Source: Gnetum montanum (Eukaryota > Plantae > Gnetophyta). Taken from it: 64,000 bases of DNA. Below are positions 1 to 13,551 of this stretch, piece after piece (the stretch's first letter is position 1; the number at the start of each line of letters is the position of its first letter). Under the pieces are notes generated by a model, which was not told the origin of the DNA, searched no databases, and worked only from the letters and a program-made list of their open reading frames with translations. Both the position numbers and the translations under genes were made by a program. The DNA lies in NCBI GenBank assembly GCA_015680685.1, contig MNCI01003179.1, forward strand, positions 89,547 through 153,546, written 5' to 3'.

Positions 1-2
1 AC

Positions 3-641
3 AAGGTTGTGGAGCACCCTGTGGCACAATCACTTGCATCAGTTGTGCATGAACATAACCTAAGCAAACATTGGCTTAAACGGTCAATTGAGGCACGGAT
101 TGCAGATTCAGAGCTAGAGAGTGCACCATTGACCATCTCTGAGCTTGAGAATTATTCAGAGAACACTGTTTCAGTTCTCTTATATCTCACACTTCAGGCA
201 AGTGGTGTTTATTCTACTGCTGCAGATCATGCAGCTACCCATATTGGAAAAGCAAGCGGTCTTTCAGTTATTCTGAGAGCCATTCCATATCATGCCAGTC
301 ACCGACGTTCCTATGTTCCTCATGAGGTAGCAGCCAAGCATGGATTATCACAGGAAGAGCTTTACAGAGGAGAAAATAGTGAAGCCCTGGCAAATGCAGT
401 GTTTGAAATTGCATGTGTAGCAAAATCACACCTGGAGAAGGCTAGAGAACTATCAGATTCTATACCCAAGTCTGCCATGCCGGTTCTCTTGCCTGCAGTA
501 CCATGTCAGGTTTGGCTAGAATCCTTGCAGAAAAGCAATTTTAATATTTTTGATCCCGTTTTGTCAAGAGGAATAAATGGTATTTTCCCAATTTGGTTCA
601 TGTTAAAGCTTAAGTGGCATGCATATAAAGGAAAATACTGA
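3..641 (+). CDS. NDUFAF6: NDUFAF6-like mitochondrial complex I assembly factor (squalene/phytoene synthase fold), C-terminal part; 5' end outside window
   Basis: Open frame from the window edge to TGA at 639-641. Motifs HPVAQSL..WLKRSIEARI, ELENYSENTVS.LLYLTLQA, ADHAATHIGKASGL, VFEIACVAKSHLEKAR and LLPAVP match my recollection of plant NDUFAF6 orthologues (At1g62730-like). The ORF-track start at 9 is a GTG, not the real start. Confidence 0.85.
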   Translation, partial: KVVEHPVAQSLASVVHEHNLSKHWLKRSIEARIADSELESAPLTISELENYSENTVSVLLYLTLQASGVYSTAADHAATHIGKASGLSVILRAIPYHASHRRSYVPHEVAAKHGLSQEELYRGENSEALANAVFEIACVAKSHLEKARELSDSIPKSAMPVLLPAVPCQVWLESLQKSNFNIFDPVLSRGINGIFPIWFMLKLKWHAYKGKY

Positions 642-1344
642 TAGTTTTCTTGGTCTTCTTTTATTCATTTTGCATAGCAACTATAGAGTGCAAACATGCG
701 CCACTTATTCTTTTACATCGATTTGAGTTTGGTTTTTTCTCTATTTTGTGTGAATTATGAAAAGGCAGAATTGTTCCTGAAGATTTTAACTTCTGATTCA
801 GGCTCTTCTCATATCGTGATAGGATTTTTTTACAGCATATATTGCCCAAGAAAATAAAGGTTAAAATTTGACTCTACAGTTCTGTCTTAACGATGATTTT
901 CTGTGATGGTTGACATACTATCCACAGAAATATTCGTGGTTCTGTGATTGAAAGTTTTGAACAGACAGTACTGGAGGATATGAGGGTTGAATTTTTATGA
1001 GTAGTAGTTATCTAGAATTAGATAGTTGTTTCATCTTTTAAAATAGATAGTATGAACAAACGGTGGAAATTGTTGATCTTTTATAATAGATAGTATAAAC
1101 GTACAGTGGAAGATGTTCAAAAAGAATGTGCATCGATATGTTCAAAAAAATATTGTAAACGTTGTGTTGGCTATGCTATATGTCTTGAATGTAATTGTAG
1201 TCGAATCATTTTAAATTTTTGACACCCTTTTTTTCTTTATTGAACCAGTGGAAAAAGTTTTCTTACGTTTAAAGGAAAAAAAAAACATTGAGATACAACC
1301 GGAATTTCTTAGTGGATTAGAAATGAACCAAAAGACACCTTAAT

Positions 1345-1926
1345 TGTAACAACGTTGCCCCGACGTTGTCCAGCACCCCAAGGAATTCACGAAGATCCAA
1401 TGGATCTAAGGTGGAAGACCTGGGGAATACGCCTCAAGCAAGCAAGCATCTCACGAGTGAGTGCAAGCAGAAGCATAGCTTCTTAACGCACATGACCATG
1501 CACCTCATGGAGGGTAACCACTCCAAAACGAGGACCGAGCAAACAAGCACACACACAACCTTGTAGACAACATCGGTGGGAGGGGAGACGATGCACCTAC
1601 AAGGAGAGGTGCCCCACCCCTAGATCCCTCACGATCTGGTACAAGGTGTGGCCTAGCACCGTACCAAAACTATCCAGTCTTGGCTGCCTACATATCTACA
1701 ACCGTCGTAGAATTAGGGCCATGTAGTTCTCCACGAAGAAGAGGGGAATGAAGAGGACTTAGAAGAGAGTTGTAATAAAAGGGTGCCTTTTTGCTAGCTT
1801 GGTACCACCAAGCCGGGGTGGGTTTTCTAACACTTGAGAGTCACCCGAGGGCACCTCAGAGTGTTCCATGGCCCCCGAACGATGGGGAGAGCCCAAGAGA
1901 ACCACCACTCTGGGACATCTCTCACA
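1345..1926 (-). repeat. 3' LTR of element 1
   Basis: TGTAAC...CTCACA, about 93% identical to 7200-7781 (about 39 mismatches by manual count, nearly all transitions, no indels). Confidence 0.93.
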
Positions 1927-4900
1927 ATCCTCCCCCACACAAAGAAGTGATGTCCTCGGAGCAGAGCCTAGGATAACTTCGAGTGTACACTTCTAAATGG
2001 GTTCAGACTCTGTCAATTCTAGGGATCTGTCAACTTCTTAGACGCCAAGCTTGAAGGAAGGTACCAACCCCAACACCTGATGCGTCCTTCCATCCAATGC
2101 CTTGCATGAAACGCAAGGGCAATTGGAGAAAGCCCAAAGACTTCCCTTCTCTATACGAGCAAGAGAGTCCAACCCAAAGGGCCAACGTCTCTAAGGCGTC
2201 CCCTAGATTCATCCTTTTTGAGGGTCTAGAGACATATCTTCTTGCGTAAGCCCACACTTATGCAAGAAGATAGCTCCTCTTCCACAAGTCCCACCGAGTT
2301 CCTCTGTGAATGGCATCTCAGCATCGATTGATTTTTTTTTATTTTTTTTTGAGGACTCACCAGGGCCACTACCCATGGTGAGGGACTTGGGAATATCACA
2401 TCGAAAGGGAGGACATGCTCCGAAGAGCCATGTCTCCGCAAGCAACTCATGCTTGCCAGAACTCCATGTTCTGCTACTTGCATCGAGACCCATGGGGTCT
2501 CACCAGTGCAACCATCTAAGCACTGATTCCACATGCATCAGTACCATGCGCATTCTCTTTTTCTCATCATGTTTGTTCAAGCTGGTATGAAGAGAGTCAA
2601 GCATGTTCTCCCTTAAAAACAAGGCACAAGAGCAGATCTTTTGAGCTTGACCTTGCCGTCTGTAGACACCAGCATCACATGCCTCAATTCATCATTCATC
2701 ATTCCATAGTATTCCAACAAGAGAGAAGATCCGAAAATCTGTTTGGAAACTTCTCTAGGAGGCTAACATACAACAAGCCCCAACAATCATCAACACCTCT
2801 TGTGATTGTCCAACATCGAGAATGCCTGCTCGAATGTTAGAACAAGGGAGGGTCAATTGGGCAGCCAACCCCATGACAATCCTCCATCACTTGTCTCATA
2901 TCAGTCGTAAGCACATCATCGAATGCAACCATAATATCCTGTTCATGGAGAAGGGTCATCCACATTTGCCACATGCAAGCTATCCTTCCCACACCAAGTT
3001 ATGGGACAAGCACCATTTTCTAAACACTAGGTCCAGGAACAAATACAAAGTCACCTCTAAGAGTAACCAAATCATGAATTCTCCGAGGAACATCAACGTT
3101 CTCAAAATTTGCATTTCCCCACTATATCAAGAACGACTACCAAACTCACAATTCAACACCTTTCATTAGATTTTGCACTTGCAGGAAGGATCCTCTTTGA
3201 GAGGTTTCTTCCATAGGTAAGTATAGCAACCCAGCTACACCTTACCCATCAGACACGCCCAAGTAGTCAATATAGCCAATAGAATCATATCATGGATCTG
3301 TCACTAGCTGAGGGAAGACATGGGTTCATAAGTCTTAACCAATTTCAATTTTCTCCTTGAGATCAACTCAAGACACCAAGCAATTCATCCCTTTGATCAA
3401 GAGGGATTTTTGTTTCATCTTGGGAGATCTGGGTTTTTGTTTAATACATCCCAGTCAAGCCCGTTTACATCAGTTTGTTGTGGACAAGGCTGCACCACTA
3501 CCTATTATCACTCAACCCAAACAACAAACACAAGTCAGCAACAACATCTTGCCCATAGGAGGACCAGGTCCTCAAGATAGTTTTACATGGAATGGGCTTT
3601 CATCAACATCATTTACAACTCAAACACAACGATTCATCCCTGAAGGGTTTACAATAAGGATGGTTTACCAGAGAACCCCAACAAGGAAGTTCCTCTGAAG
3701 CCCCCAAAACTGAGTACACAATATCATGCCTTGCTTACACGAAGAGCAATATGTATCTTTAATTTACATCAACAACACGACCTCACAAAGGAGGTTTTAT
3801 GAATTTCACCAGGGTAACAACATTTTGTCTCTGAGAACAAGATCCCACGAGTTCACGAACATGGGACCATAGCTAGGAACAAGTCCCAAACATCAACTGC
3901 TTATAGGAGACAACCATCTTAATACCACCTGCCTTATTATTTAAGGAACTAAAGAGGGCATCCATTGAAATGAAGAATGATCCCTCATAAAATTAAGGAT
4001 TCACCAAGTAATATCCTGATCAATTGTACTATCCCACTAGGGAGGTGAGAACACCAATATGAATTAACATCACACCAGAGACATGGGACAATACATAAGC
4101 AAGGGACTGTGTAATACATCAGTGTACATAAGGGACAGAGTACATGGGACAATTCAGCAAGACACCATAGCCTATTAGGCACAATGAGCCCCCTATCATG
4201 GAATCACACCATAGACCATGAAGGCATCAATCAGTCCCAAGCTATGAGAGCGCATCAGAGCTCTCCAAAGCATCAAAAGCAATTTGTCACGAGAGCCCAC
4301 CAACATGCACAAATCATTAAAAGCCCCCAATCATGAGAGCATCGGCTCAAGTGTTTTGAGCACATTCAAGCCCACCAAGCAAGGACACCAAGAGAAATCA
4401 CAATTTCTGTATCTATAACGTCATTTATTCAAGGATGGACCACCATCCCAACGTTTGGACAACTGCTCCACCATCGCTTCCAACATGGAAGAGCAAGTCT
4501 AGGTGCCAATACCCAGAACTCAACTCAAATCCACCGCTAGACTTCACATTGATTTGAATTTCAGTCACCATCAATCATCTGTGGACAAGATCTTTGCCAG
4601 TTTAGGAACACAAGAAAATGTGTTCCCAAGATTTGTCTTGTCTCAAGGACATTCACCAAGCACACACCATCCAGGCATGCCAACATCATCAAGAGCACAT
4701 GGCACCAATTTAACAACACAATGGGCTAGGACATGCCCTGGTCCGTTCGTTACAACGCTATATCCAACTGAAGAGTTTCCCATGAGGTTTTCAGCAGGAT
4801 TATACATCAAGGCACAATGGCCATTTACAACATATAGCAAGGGTGCTTCAAAACAAGCACCAAGAAGACACCATACATCAAGCTTGGCCTTGTCACAGTG

Positions 4901-7199
4901 TGTGGCATAGGCCTACAACCAAGAGACAACCGAGTCACATAGGCAATACATCCAGCACTTTTGATTGCATACACTCGAATTGAGAATATCACAAGGATAC
5001 ATTTCGCACACCCAAGGATTGGATTACATTCATATATGGGAACATACATGGTATTTGGGAATGCTACCCAAGCCTAAAAGGCTATAGGACAGATACCCAA
5101 GCCCATCCTAGGCTAAAGGATTTAGGCCACCAAGAGCATACCATGAAGAATCATGTTGTTCTGAGAAAACCCTGTCTCTATCACAAAGCATAAACAATCA
5201 TCTATCATTGCACCACCGTCTCAAAAGATACATGATCTACCGTCACACTGAACCGACTGCACGGGTAACCTCGAACGAAAACGATTCGAGACACGGACGT
5301 GCAACGATCAAATAATGAAACATGCCAACTGAGTATCCACCATCCTGCCATAGTGGGACCTCATTGCATTGGCCACTCCTAGGCCATCAATATCCGACAT
5401 GGCCAAGGATATCATTTCATGCCATATGCTAGCCCAATATCTATAGGGTCTAGGATAGATCACCATCCTCTGTTAGTGCTCCCCCAGCATTAAGAGGCAA
5501 ACAAATCATGATGTACCTACTGATCCATCACAGCTAAGGTACTGATAAATCTGCAACCCAATGTTGGGATTCTGAGACCAAATAATCAGTTCATGAAAGG
5601 TCTCAAGAGCACATATCTTCCCCATAGACATAATGCTCAAAGAATCAATTGAGGTTACCACTGGTTGCATCTTTGTACCTGTGCTACCTGCAAACACTGA
5701 GACACCAGCTCAAAAACATAGAAGTTAGCAGGAACATGATTAGCAAATCAGCCTCATACACAACCATCAAGCATGATCATATAACAAGGTCATAGCACTC
5801 TTGCACATCATAAAAATCAAGACCTCAGCAACATGCATAGAGATCAATCATGCAAACATTGATGGATGAATTACATCCCCACTCGAACAAACAATTTCAT
5901 CATGAGGCACACCAAGAGAGAGATAGCACACTCTCAGAATTTCAAGATTCATACACAACAATCATTCCTAGCAACTAACACTGGCCTCAACCAAGACCAA
6001 AATCTCAACATAATTGTATGAGTCATGGGCAATAGACAATCATCATCTCAACCCAAAAATAAGGTGGAAGACCAAGGTCTATCCAACAACAAGTCTACAT
6101 CAAACCAATTCTCGCCACAACGAGCAACATCACGAAGGATGCGTTCACAAGAAGACTCTCATCAAAAGAGGTGCGGTCTCAACAAGAACCAACAACAGGA
6201 TGACACACACTAGTAGTCTTCGAATCAGAGTGATCAAGAAATGTCACCAATCAAAATAGCGATGCCATGAACCCAAGGGCAACACCACCAGCTCAACAAA
6301 GGAGCACAACTCGCAAAGATCAACAATAAGGGCAAACATGCCTCATGCATAAGAAGTTGTCAAACAAGACAACAACCATTTGGTTTTGGGATGACACAAA
6401 CAACCACCGCATCCTCAACGTTCCCAACAATAAGTCATCATACCGCATAAAACATTAAGCCTTGCGTTACGTATGGTAGACACGACGAAAATAACATGCA
6501 TGCAGAATTTGAAAGTGCAACCAAGAAGACACGCATACTCAAATAGACAAACATACAATCGCAAGCACGAACGTACGAAGTATACCAGCAACGGTCTTAG
6601 TCGACCCAAAACAAGGCTCACCAAGAGCACATGTCCGAAGGACCTCCATCATGAGGTACCTAGGAACCATCTTGTCCCAATTTGTATTTTCCCATACTCA
6701 TTGTATCTAGGGTGAGTGGGAGTGCCAAGGATATCATATCCTACATGATTCAACAAATGCCATCTCAAAACATGTCATCTAGGTGGAAACCGAAGCCGAG
6801 ATTGGGTCCGATTCATCCCAGATGAATCACTGGAGACCTGAGATGAGAGTTCCTTGAGCAACAAAATTCCTGAGTTGCCAATAGAACTCCTCTCAATCAT
6901 ATCGTATACAATCACTAATCCAACCACAAGTAACAAGTGGAGGACATCATCACAACGCCATCATTTATATCCTCACGAAGAGCAACATACATCAATTGCT
7001 CACAATTTCTCATTTGTCCCCTCATGAAGAGCGAAGAACATTGCCATCAGGCAACTCTTCAAAAATACATAAGGATACGATCCTAGATCACCTAGGTATC
7101 AATCCGAAGGGACTATTAACCAAACAAGCTCAATGGAGTAACACAACCAAAGAGCACAACCATTTCCCAACACAATTTAAAAAACGCTCTGATACCATC

Positions 7200-7781
7200 T
7201 GTAACAACGTTGCCCCGACATTGTCCGGCACCCCAAGGAATTCACGAAGATCCAATGGATCTAGGGCAGAAGACCTAGGGAATACGCCTCAAGTAAGCAA
7301 GCATCTTACGAGTGAGTGCAGGCAGAAGCATAGCTTCTTAACGCACATGACCACGCACCTCATGGAGGGTAACCACTCCAAAACGAGAACCAAGCAAACA
7401 AGCACAGACACAACCTTGTAGACAACATCGGTGGGAGGGGAGATGATGCACCTACAAGGAGAGGTGCCTCACCCCTAGATCCCTCATGATCTAGTACAAG
7501 GTGTGGCCTGGCACTGCACCAAAACTATCCAATCTTAGCCGCCTACATATCTACGACCGCCGTAGAATCAGGGCCATGTAGTTCTCCACGGAGAAGAGGG
7601 GAATGAAGAGGACTTAGAAGAGAGTTGCAACCGGAGGGTGTCCTGTTGCTAGCTTGGTACCACCAAGCTGGGGTGGGTTTTCTAACACTTGAGAGTCACC
7701 CGAGGGTGCCTCAGAGTGTTCCATGGCCCCCGAATGATGGGGAGAGCCCAAGAGAACCACCACTCTGGGACATCTCTCACA
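7200..7781 (-). repeat. 5' LTR of element 1
   Basis: Direct repeat of 1345-1926, adjacent to the Met PBS. Confidence 0.93.
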
Positions 7782-8986
7782 TTAATGTTTAATTGCCTAA
7801 GCTTTTACTTTCGTTGTAGGAAGTTATTTCACTAATTGTTAAAATTTCTTGATAGGAACTATCGCATCTTTAGGGCCAACATTATATTTTTATGTGCGAA
7901 TACTAATGGAAATTTAAGTTTGAAAGTTCATAAAAATTTCTTCCCATAGGAATAGATGGTCTGATAGAGATCTTTTTAAATTCTGTCGTATCTTTGAGTT
8001 TATAATGAATTTCATTACCTGGCTTAATCTACTTGTAGATTAAATTCACTAGAGTTTCAATATACAGAGCAATGAGGATTAATTTGTTTAAAGGTTGTTT
8101 AATCCTTCGATCGACGATTCATTTATTATTTTATGATATTTGTGTTTACTTTATTCATCGATCTTTATAATTTTAGAATGCTCTTCAATTTTTTATTCAT
8201 TCTTTGAACACTACATCATAACATATATTTCAGCAAAAAATTATACCAATCATAATGATATGCTTTGAGACATTTGCAAGGAAAGCATAGTGTTTTATTG
8301 TCATCCTTCACAACCAATCAAATAAAACTCATAATAATTGTGAAGTTGAGACCTTTGAATCCTTAAAAACATGTCCTGTTCTTTATTGATATCTTGTATT
8401 TTCTAGATGTAAATTTAGAGCTTTTTCTTTGAAGAGTCATTTTCTTTTATCATAGGATAGTTGCATTTTGGACAATTTTTATAACATTAAACAAACCAAG
8501 GTCTTTAGTAAATTTGACACAATCCTTTGTAGATCTTGTTTTAGAAATGAACCATTCTCTTATTAATTGCTCCTTTGCATTTGTGTGTAATTGACTATAT
8601 TTTTTCAGTCTCATTCTCATTTTCACCATCTTCTTCATAAGTTAGAGAATTAGTTAAATGTATTTCTTCATTGATTCCTTTTTTTTTTTACTTGTTTTTT
8701 CTTTTTGATGATTGATTTGTATTGATGACTTATCATGTTGTTGCCACTTAGGGTTACCAATTAGGTAATGTTTAACATTGCTAAATGGCATAGAAAAATA
8801 GTGAATCACTTTGCGATGACATAGAAAAAATGTGAATCACTTTACTTAATTGGAATTAAAGAAGATTTGAAACTAAAAAACATACTTTAAAAGATTTGAA
8901 AAGCATATTGGAAAGGATTTGAAAATTAAAAACTATACTATAGAGAAATGAGAATCAATGTGTTTCTCACAAGAAACTTGTATACT

Positions 8987-9070
8987 AAATGTTGAAAGAA
9001 TCATCTCCATTTTTTTGAATTTAGCATAAATGTTGAAAGAATCATCTCCATTTTTTTGAATTTAGCATAA
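8987..9070. repeat. 41-bp tandem duplication
   Basis: TAAATGTTGAAAGAATCATCTCCATTTTTTTGAATTTAGCA occurs twice head-to-tail. Confidence 0.8.
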
Positions 9071-9494
9071 CTATATCAAATGCTTATTCATTCATAGCCT
9101 TAAAAAAAAGTTCGATCACTAAAAGGTTTTAAGAATTGTTCTTAATACACATAATTAATTATTAACAACATATCCAACATCAAAAAAATGTAGAAGCAGA
9201 ACATAAAATACATTGAATCAATATGGATAGTGCTTATTCAAACTATTGATTCTTATTGTTGGAGTGTTGAAAAAAAAATTGCCTAGGGAAGAGAAATTGC
9301 TAATAACAGTGTGCATTTTGTCTGTGGTTGTGCTAAGAGAAGAATGACTTGCCACAAACAAAGAGAAATGCTTATGCAATAGAGCTTCTTCCAAGGTAAC
9401 ATCCTTCAACAAATTGCACAAACTTTCAATCCAAAAAATGGTTGACACATGTTAATGTACTTTTAATCATATTGTAATAATTTGCTTTCATCTT

Positions 9495-10385
9495 TAATGA
9501 GTGGCAAGGTACCCCTACGCTTAACCATACAAATACAAGCATTTCACACACGATCTGGTCAAATTCCAAGGACTAAGTGCCTATGCGCCTTTGTGGAACA
9601 AGGACGGGTTGGTTGATCGTTGTCTTCTCAAACTTACTTGTATGTCATGATTGTATGGTTAAGTAAGTTTGAGGCATATGATTTTTATAGCTTTTATGTT
9701 TTTATGTCTTGCTACTAATAAGGGAGGAGAGAGAGAGAGATAACTAAGTGACTAATTTAACTTAACTACGGATTAACTAGGCTTTAAACTAATCCTAATA
9801 CCAGTATCCGTTCTCACTTGCCGTACACATCCTGAACCAACGCAACACTACTGGGATTACCAAACGCTAATCATTACCGGGTTACCAAGTGTTACACGCA
9901 TGCTCGAAGTGATCATATTGTGTGTGCTAATAACAGAAATGTAAAGTGCATAAAATAAAATAAAATAATAAAATAAAATAAATGCAGAAGAAAATAAAAT
10001 AAAGGAAATGAGTAAGAAAACAAATCTCAAGTGTTGCAAGGATGAATCCAAGAGCTCGTCTTTATTACCATACACAAGGTATGCTCAAGTACACAATGCT
10101 CGAATAAAAATTCGTCCACACTTAGACGTCTTGCTGTGAGCACTTGGAAAATACTCTAACTACAAAATTTTTGCTACTTGACTCCTAAAAAACTTCTAAA
10201 AGACTTTCCTTGAAAGACTTCCTCCCTAAATTATGCACTTGGGCACTGTATTTATAGGCTTGGGTAGCAACTACTCTAATAATTAGAAAAACTACCACTC
10301 TAATTTTAGAGAAACTGCCACTTTAATAATTAAAAAAACTACCACTAATAATTAGAATAAACCACTAGAGTAACCGCTCCCATCA
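9495..10385 (-). repeat. 3' LTR of element 2, with ~24-bp tandem repeats (AAAACTACCACTCTAATAATTAG) upstream of a TATA box
   Basis: Matches 17986-18560 from 9812 onward. Repeats at ~10268-10370; TATAAATA on - strand at ~10248-10256. Confidence 0.88.
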
Positions 10386-12103
10386 TACCCCCACAACTAA
10401 ATGAATACTTGTCCTCGAGTTCCTTACAAAATATTAGGAAGGTATGGGATTATTGACTAATTAACAACTGACAGTGGAATGGGATAACAGACTCAACATG
10501 CCTAGTGAAGGGATCAATAAGCATATTACAACATTAGTGTTCATGACCATTGTGGTGAACACTTATACATAAATGACATCCAAGCCTTTATTTGGCAATT
10601 TGTAGAGAAAGAGAGAAAGAAAATGAAACGTGTTGCCGCTAATGCTAAGATTGTGCCTTCCGTTGTCTATCCATAGCCACACCACCAGACTTGCTCCTTT
10701 CATAAATGCTCCAATTCCAATCCATCCTGAGTGCCTCCTCCAAACCCAATCCATTGTTTGTATGATCACCATCTACACACACAACACAGTCACAAATGAG
10801 CAAAGATAGATAAACCATAATGCGATTGATACCTTGCCTCAATATGAAGCGCATTGGCTAAGTTGTGGTTATGGCAGAAACTGGTTCGGAGATTTATCAC
10901 AGGTGACTACCCAAGGTGTAGGGGTTAGGCAAATAGTAAAATGGAGAAAATTGAAAAATTTGTGCCAAGGCCCCCATGACTAAGAGCGAACCTCCGATAG
11001 CTATAAGATGGAAAAATATGAGGAACAAGAAAGATGGGAAAAAATATCAACGACAATGCCAATAAAATGGATGTTACGGATGGGGATGAAACAAGAAATG
11101 ATTGATTGTAGGAAATGTTTAAGGGAAAGAAGTTAATAATTGCACCAAAAAGAAATGCTAGTGGGTCCTCCCCAAAGCAAGCTCATGCCTTTATGCCTTG
11201 ACAAACCCACAAACCAAAGAGTCTGTAGGCTCTAGGAATGTCATTTGGAAGCAAGAGTTAAAAACTTACCCACAAGAATTCACCAAAGAAAAACAATGCA
11301 TNNNNNNNNNNNNNNNNNNNNNNNNNNNNNNNNNNNNNNNNNNNNNNNNNNNNNNNNNNNNNNNNNNNNNNNNNNNNNNNNNNNNNNNNNNNNNNNNNNN
11401 NNNNNNNNNNNNNNNNNNNNNNNNNNNNNNNNNAGTTAGAGGGAACCTTCAGGCATGGTTAACATGTCTTTCCAGTTCCATAACCAGTGCTTGTAGCCCA
11501 TATTGCTTTATTATGTTTAAGGGGTGTGCTTTGAATTCTCAGTCTTTTTTTTTCTTTTTGCGTGAGAACCACACCATGCAAAGACTTATTTTTATTCACT
11601 CAACTTCCTAATTTTTGAACAATGTCAAAATGGCAGGAAACCCAAGAAAAAGCATCCAAGCACCCAAGAGAATGGCCAGTACAAATGCATCGAATCCCCT
11701 TGAAGTCACACCCTTTTCATCCTTTGAGTCTTTCCTTGGTTTAAAAAATACCTAGCCACCAATTCATTAAAAGTTTACTTAGAAAAATAGGGACTATATA
11801 ATTCCAAGCCAAAGGAGACCATAGAGTTGTATGGATGAGTGGACGGCATGGACTCATTGCCTATTTTACCAAAAGAACCATACTTCAATACCAGCATCAT
11901 AATTCAAAGGTAAAAACCAAACATTAACAATCAATATGATATAATTCAATCCACCATCATGACAACTTATTAGATGATGAATAAAAGTAAATCAAGCAAA
12001 CAAAGAAACAGTAAAAACATGAAAGATGGTGTAAAACAAAAATAAGAAAGGTTGAAAGAATGTGTAAAACAAAAATTCAAAAAGAATTGAGGGCCTAGAA
12101 CGG

Positions 12104-13400
12104 TTAGCATAGGTGGCCATCTCCCCCACGACTAAGTTGGAAGGAGGAGATCCGAACTAGTGAGCAAGGTTGTCCACCAAGAGAGGTAACATGTGTACTG
12201 GCTGTCCTAAGCTCATGGAAAGGTTTGATTTGTTGTACGTTGACCAACAATTTCTTGTCTGGGCTCTCAGGTTTGTATATTGTCATGACCCCTGAAGGAA
12301 AAGTTGCATAAATAATATAAGGTCCTTCCCATAGTGTTTGAAATTTAGTACGTTGTGGCACATGTGTGGGATTTTAGTAGAGAACCTTATCTTCCAGTTG
12401 ATATTTAACTTTCCTAATCCCTAGGTCATGACATTGTTTATTGAATGCCTTGTGCAACTCATTAGATGACAGGGTAGTTAGTCGATTTTCATTTAGCAAG
12501 TTAAGGATTACTAACTGTTGTTTCTGTGCTAGATCAAGGTCAAGGTTGAGGTCACATGCCATAGATAGTGTACGGAGCTTAGTTTGAATGGGAAGCATTG
12601 GTAATTTACTGTACACTAACTCATAGGGAGAGTAGCCTGTAGGGAGTTTCCATGTGGAGCGGTATGTCCAAAGAGCATCGTTCAGTTTAGTGTTCCAGTA
12701 TCACCTAAACTTGCTAACAATTCTTGTCAATATCTTCGTAATCTCTCTGTTGGTGACTTCTGCTTGATTGTTCGCTTGGGGGTGGTATGGTGTAGTCAAT
12801 TTATGCTCAACCCCTAAGTGTTGCATTAATTTTCGAAAAGTTGCACCTATGAAGTGGGTACCATTGTCTAAAATAAGTGCACAAGGCACACCAAACCTAT
12901 TTATGATTTGTTGTTGAACAAATCGTCCAGTTGTAGATGATGTACAATCCTTAACAGCGGCTGCTTCTACCAATTTAGTTAGGTAATCAACAGCAACAAT
13001 GATACAGGCTTTTCCATTGGACATTGGTGTAATCGGCCCCATAAAATCAATTCCCCAAATGTCGAAGGGTTCTAACAGTTGAATCCATTGTTGCGGATCC
13101 TCCATTCTAGCAGTCATTCCCCCATCACATTGATAGCACTCACAAGATTGGACGAAATGATGGGTGTCCCGAAATATTGTAGGCCAATAATATCCTGCAA
13201 GCAGGATCTTGATGACTGTTTGTCTCCCAGCGTAATGACCCCCACAAGGACCCTTATGAGCATCTTGGAGAACTCGTAGTTGATCTATATCAGGAACACA
13301 CCATTGAACGAAGCCATCGGGACACACTTTGTAAAGTTGCCCATTGATCTCCATAAAGTACTTGGCTCGGTGACAAAACTATTGTTTCTTCTTAAGGTTT
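12104..13400 (-). pseudogene. Integrase of element 2 (HHCC, DDE, GPY/F), broken by stops
   Basis: H..PCGGHY...YYWPTIFRD...C.C (zinc finger); PFDIWGIDFMGP; IIVAVDYLTK; LILDNGTHF; YHPQANNQAEVTNREI; downstream WEGPY. Confidence 0.9.
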
Positions 13401-13551
13401 AACTCTTGTGGTGTTTGTTGGGTGAGGAGATAGGTAAGAATGCTACTATACCAGTTGGTCTCCGTGGGTGATTAATTATTCACCACACCAGCAAAGAGGA
13501 ATTTATCAGGGAAATGATCAGAAATTAAATACTCATCCTCTTGTTGTTCCA

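Larger units (their letters stand above)
1345..7781 (-). mobile_element. Full-length Ty3/gypsy-type LTR retrotransposon (chromovirus-like, possibly Galadriel), internal gag-pol heavily degenerate
   Basis: Two 582-bp LTRs (1345-1926, 7200-7781) with TG...CA ends and a perfect TSD TTAAT (1340-1344, 7782-7786). PBS TGGTATCAGAGC (tRNA-iMet) on - strand at ~7186-7197. PPT GGGGGAGGAT next to the left LTR. Only vestigial RT/INT-like peptides on - strand. The lineage call is inference from PBS, size and the RTSLLCVGED ending. Confidence 0.9.

Noticed and set aside
1366-7421. Repeated plus-strand ORF (TPRNSRRSNGS...) at 1366 and 6996
   Set aside because: Antisense reading of the two LTRs; no evidence of coding function.
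9180-9470. Possible decayed copia RT remnant; similar debris at 19259-19555 and 28560-28860
   Set aside because: Motifs too eroded to support a call without a profile search.
10268-10370. Regularly spaced ~24-bp repeats resembling a CRISPR-like array
   Set aside because: Head-to-tail tandem repeats without unique spacers, inside a eukaryotic LTR U3.
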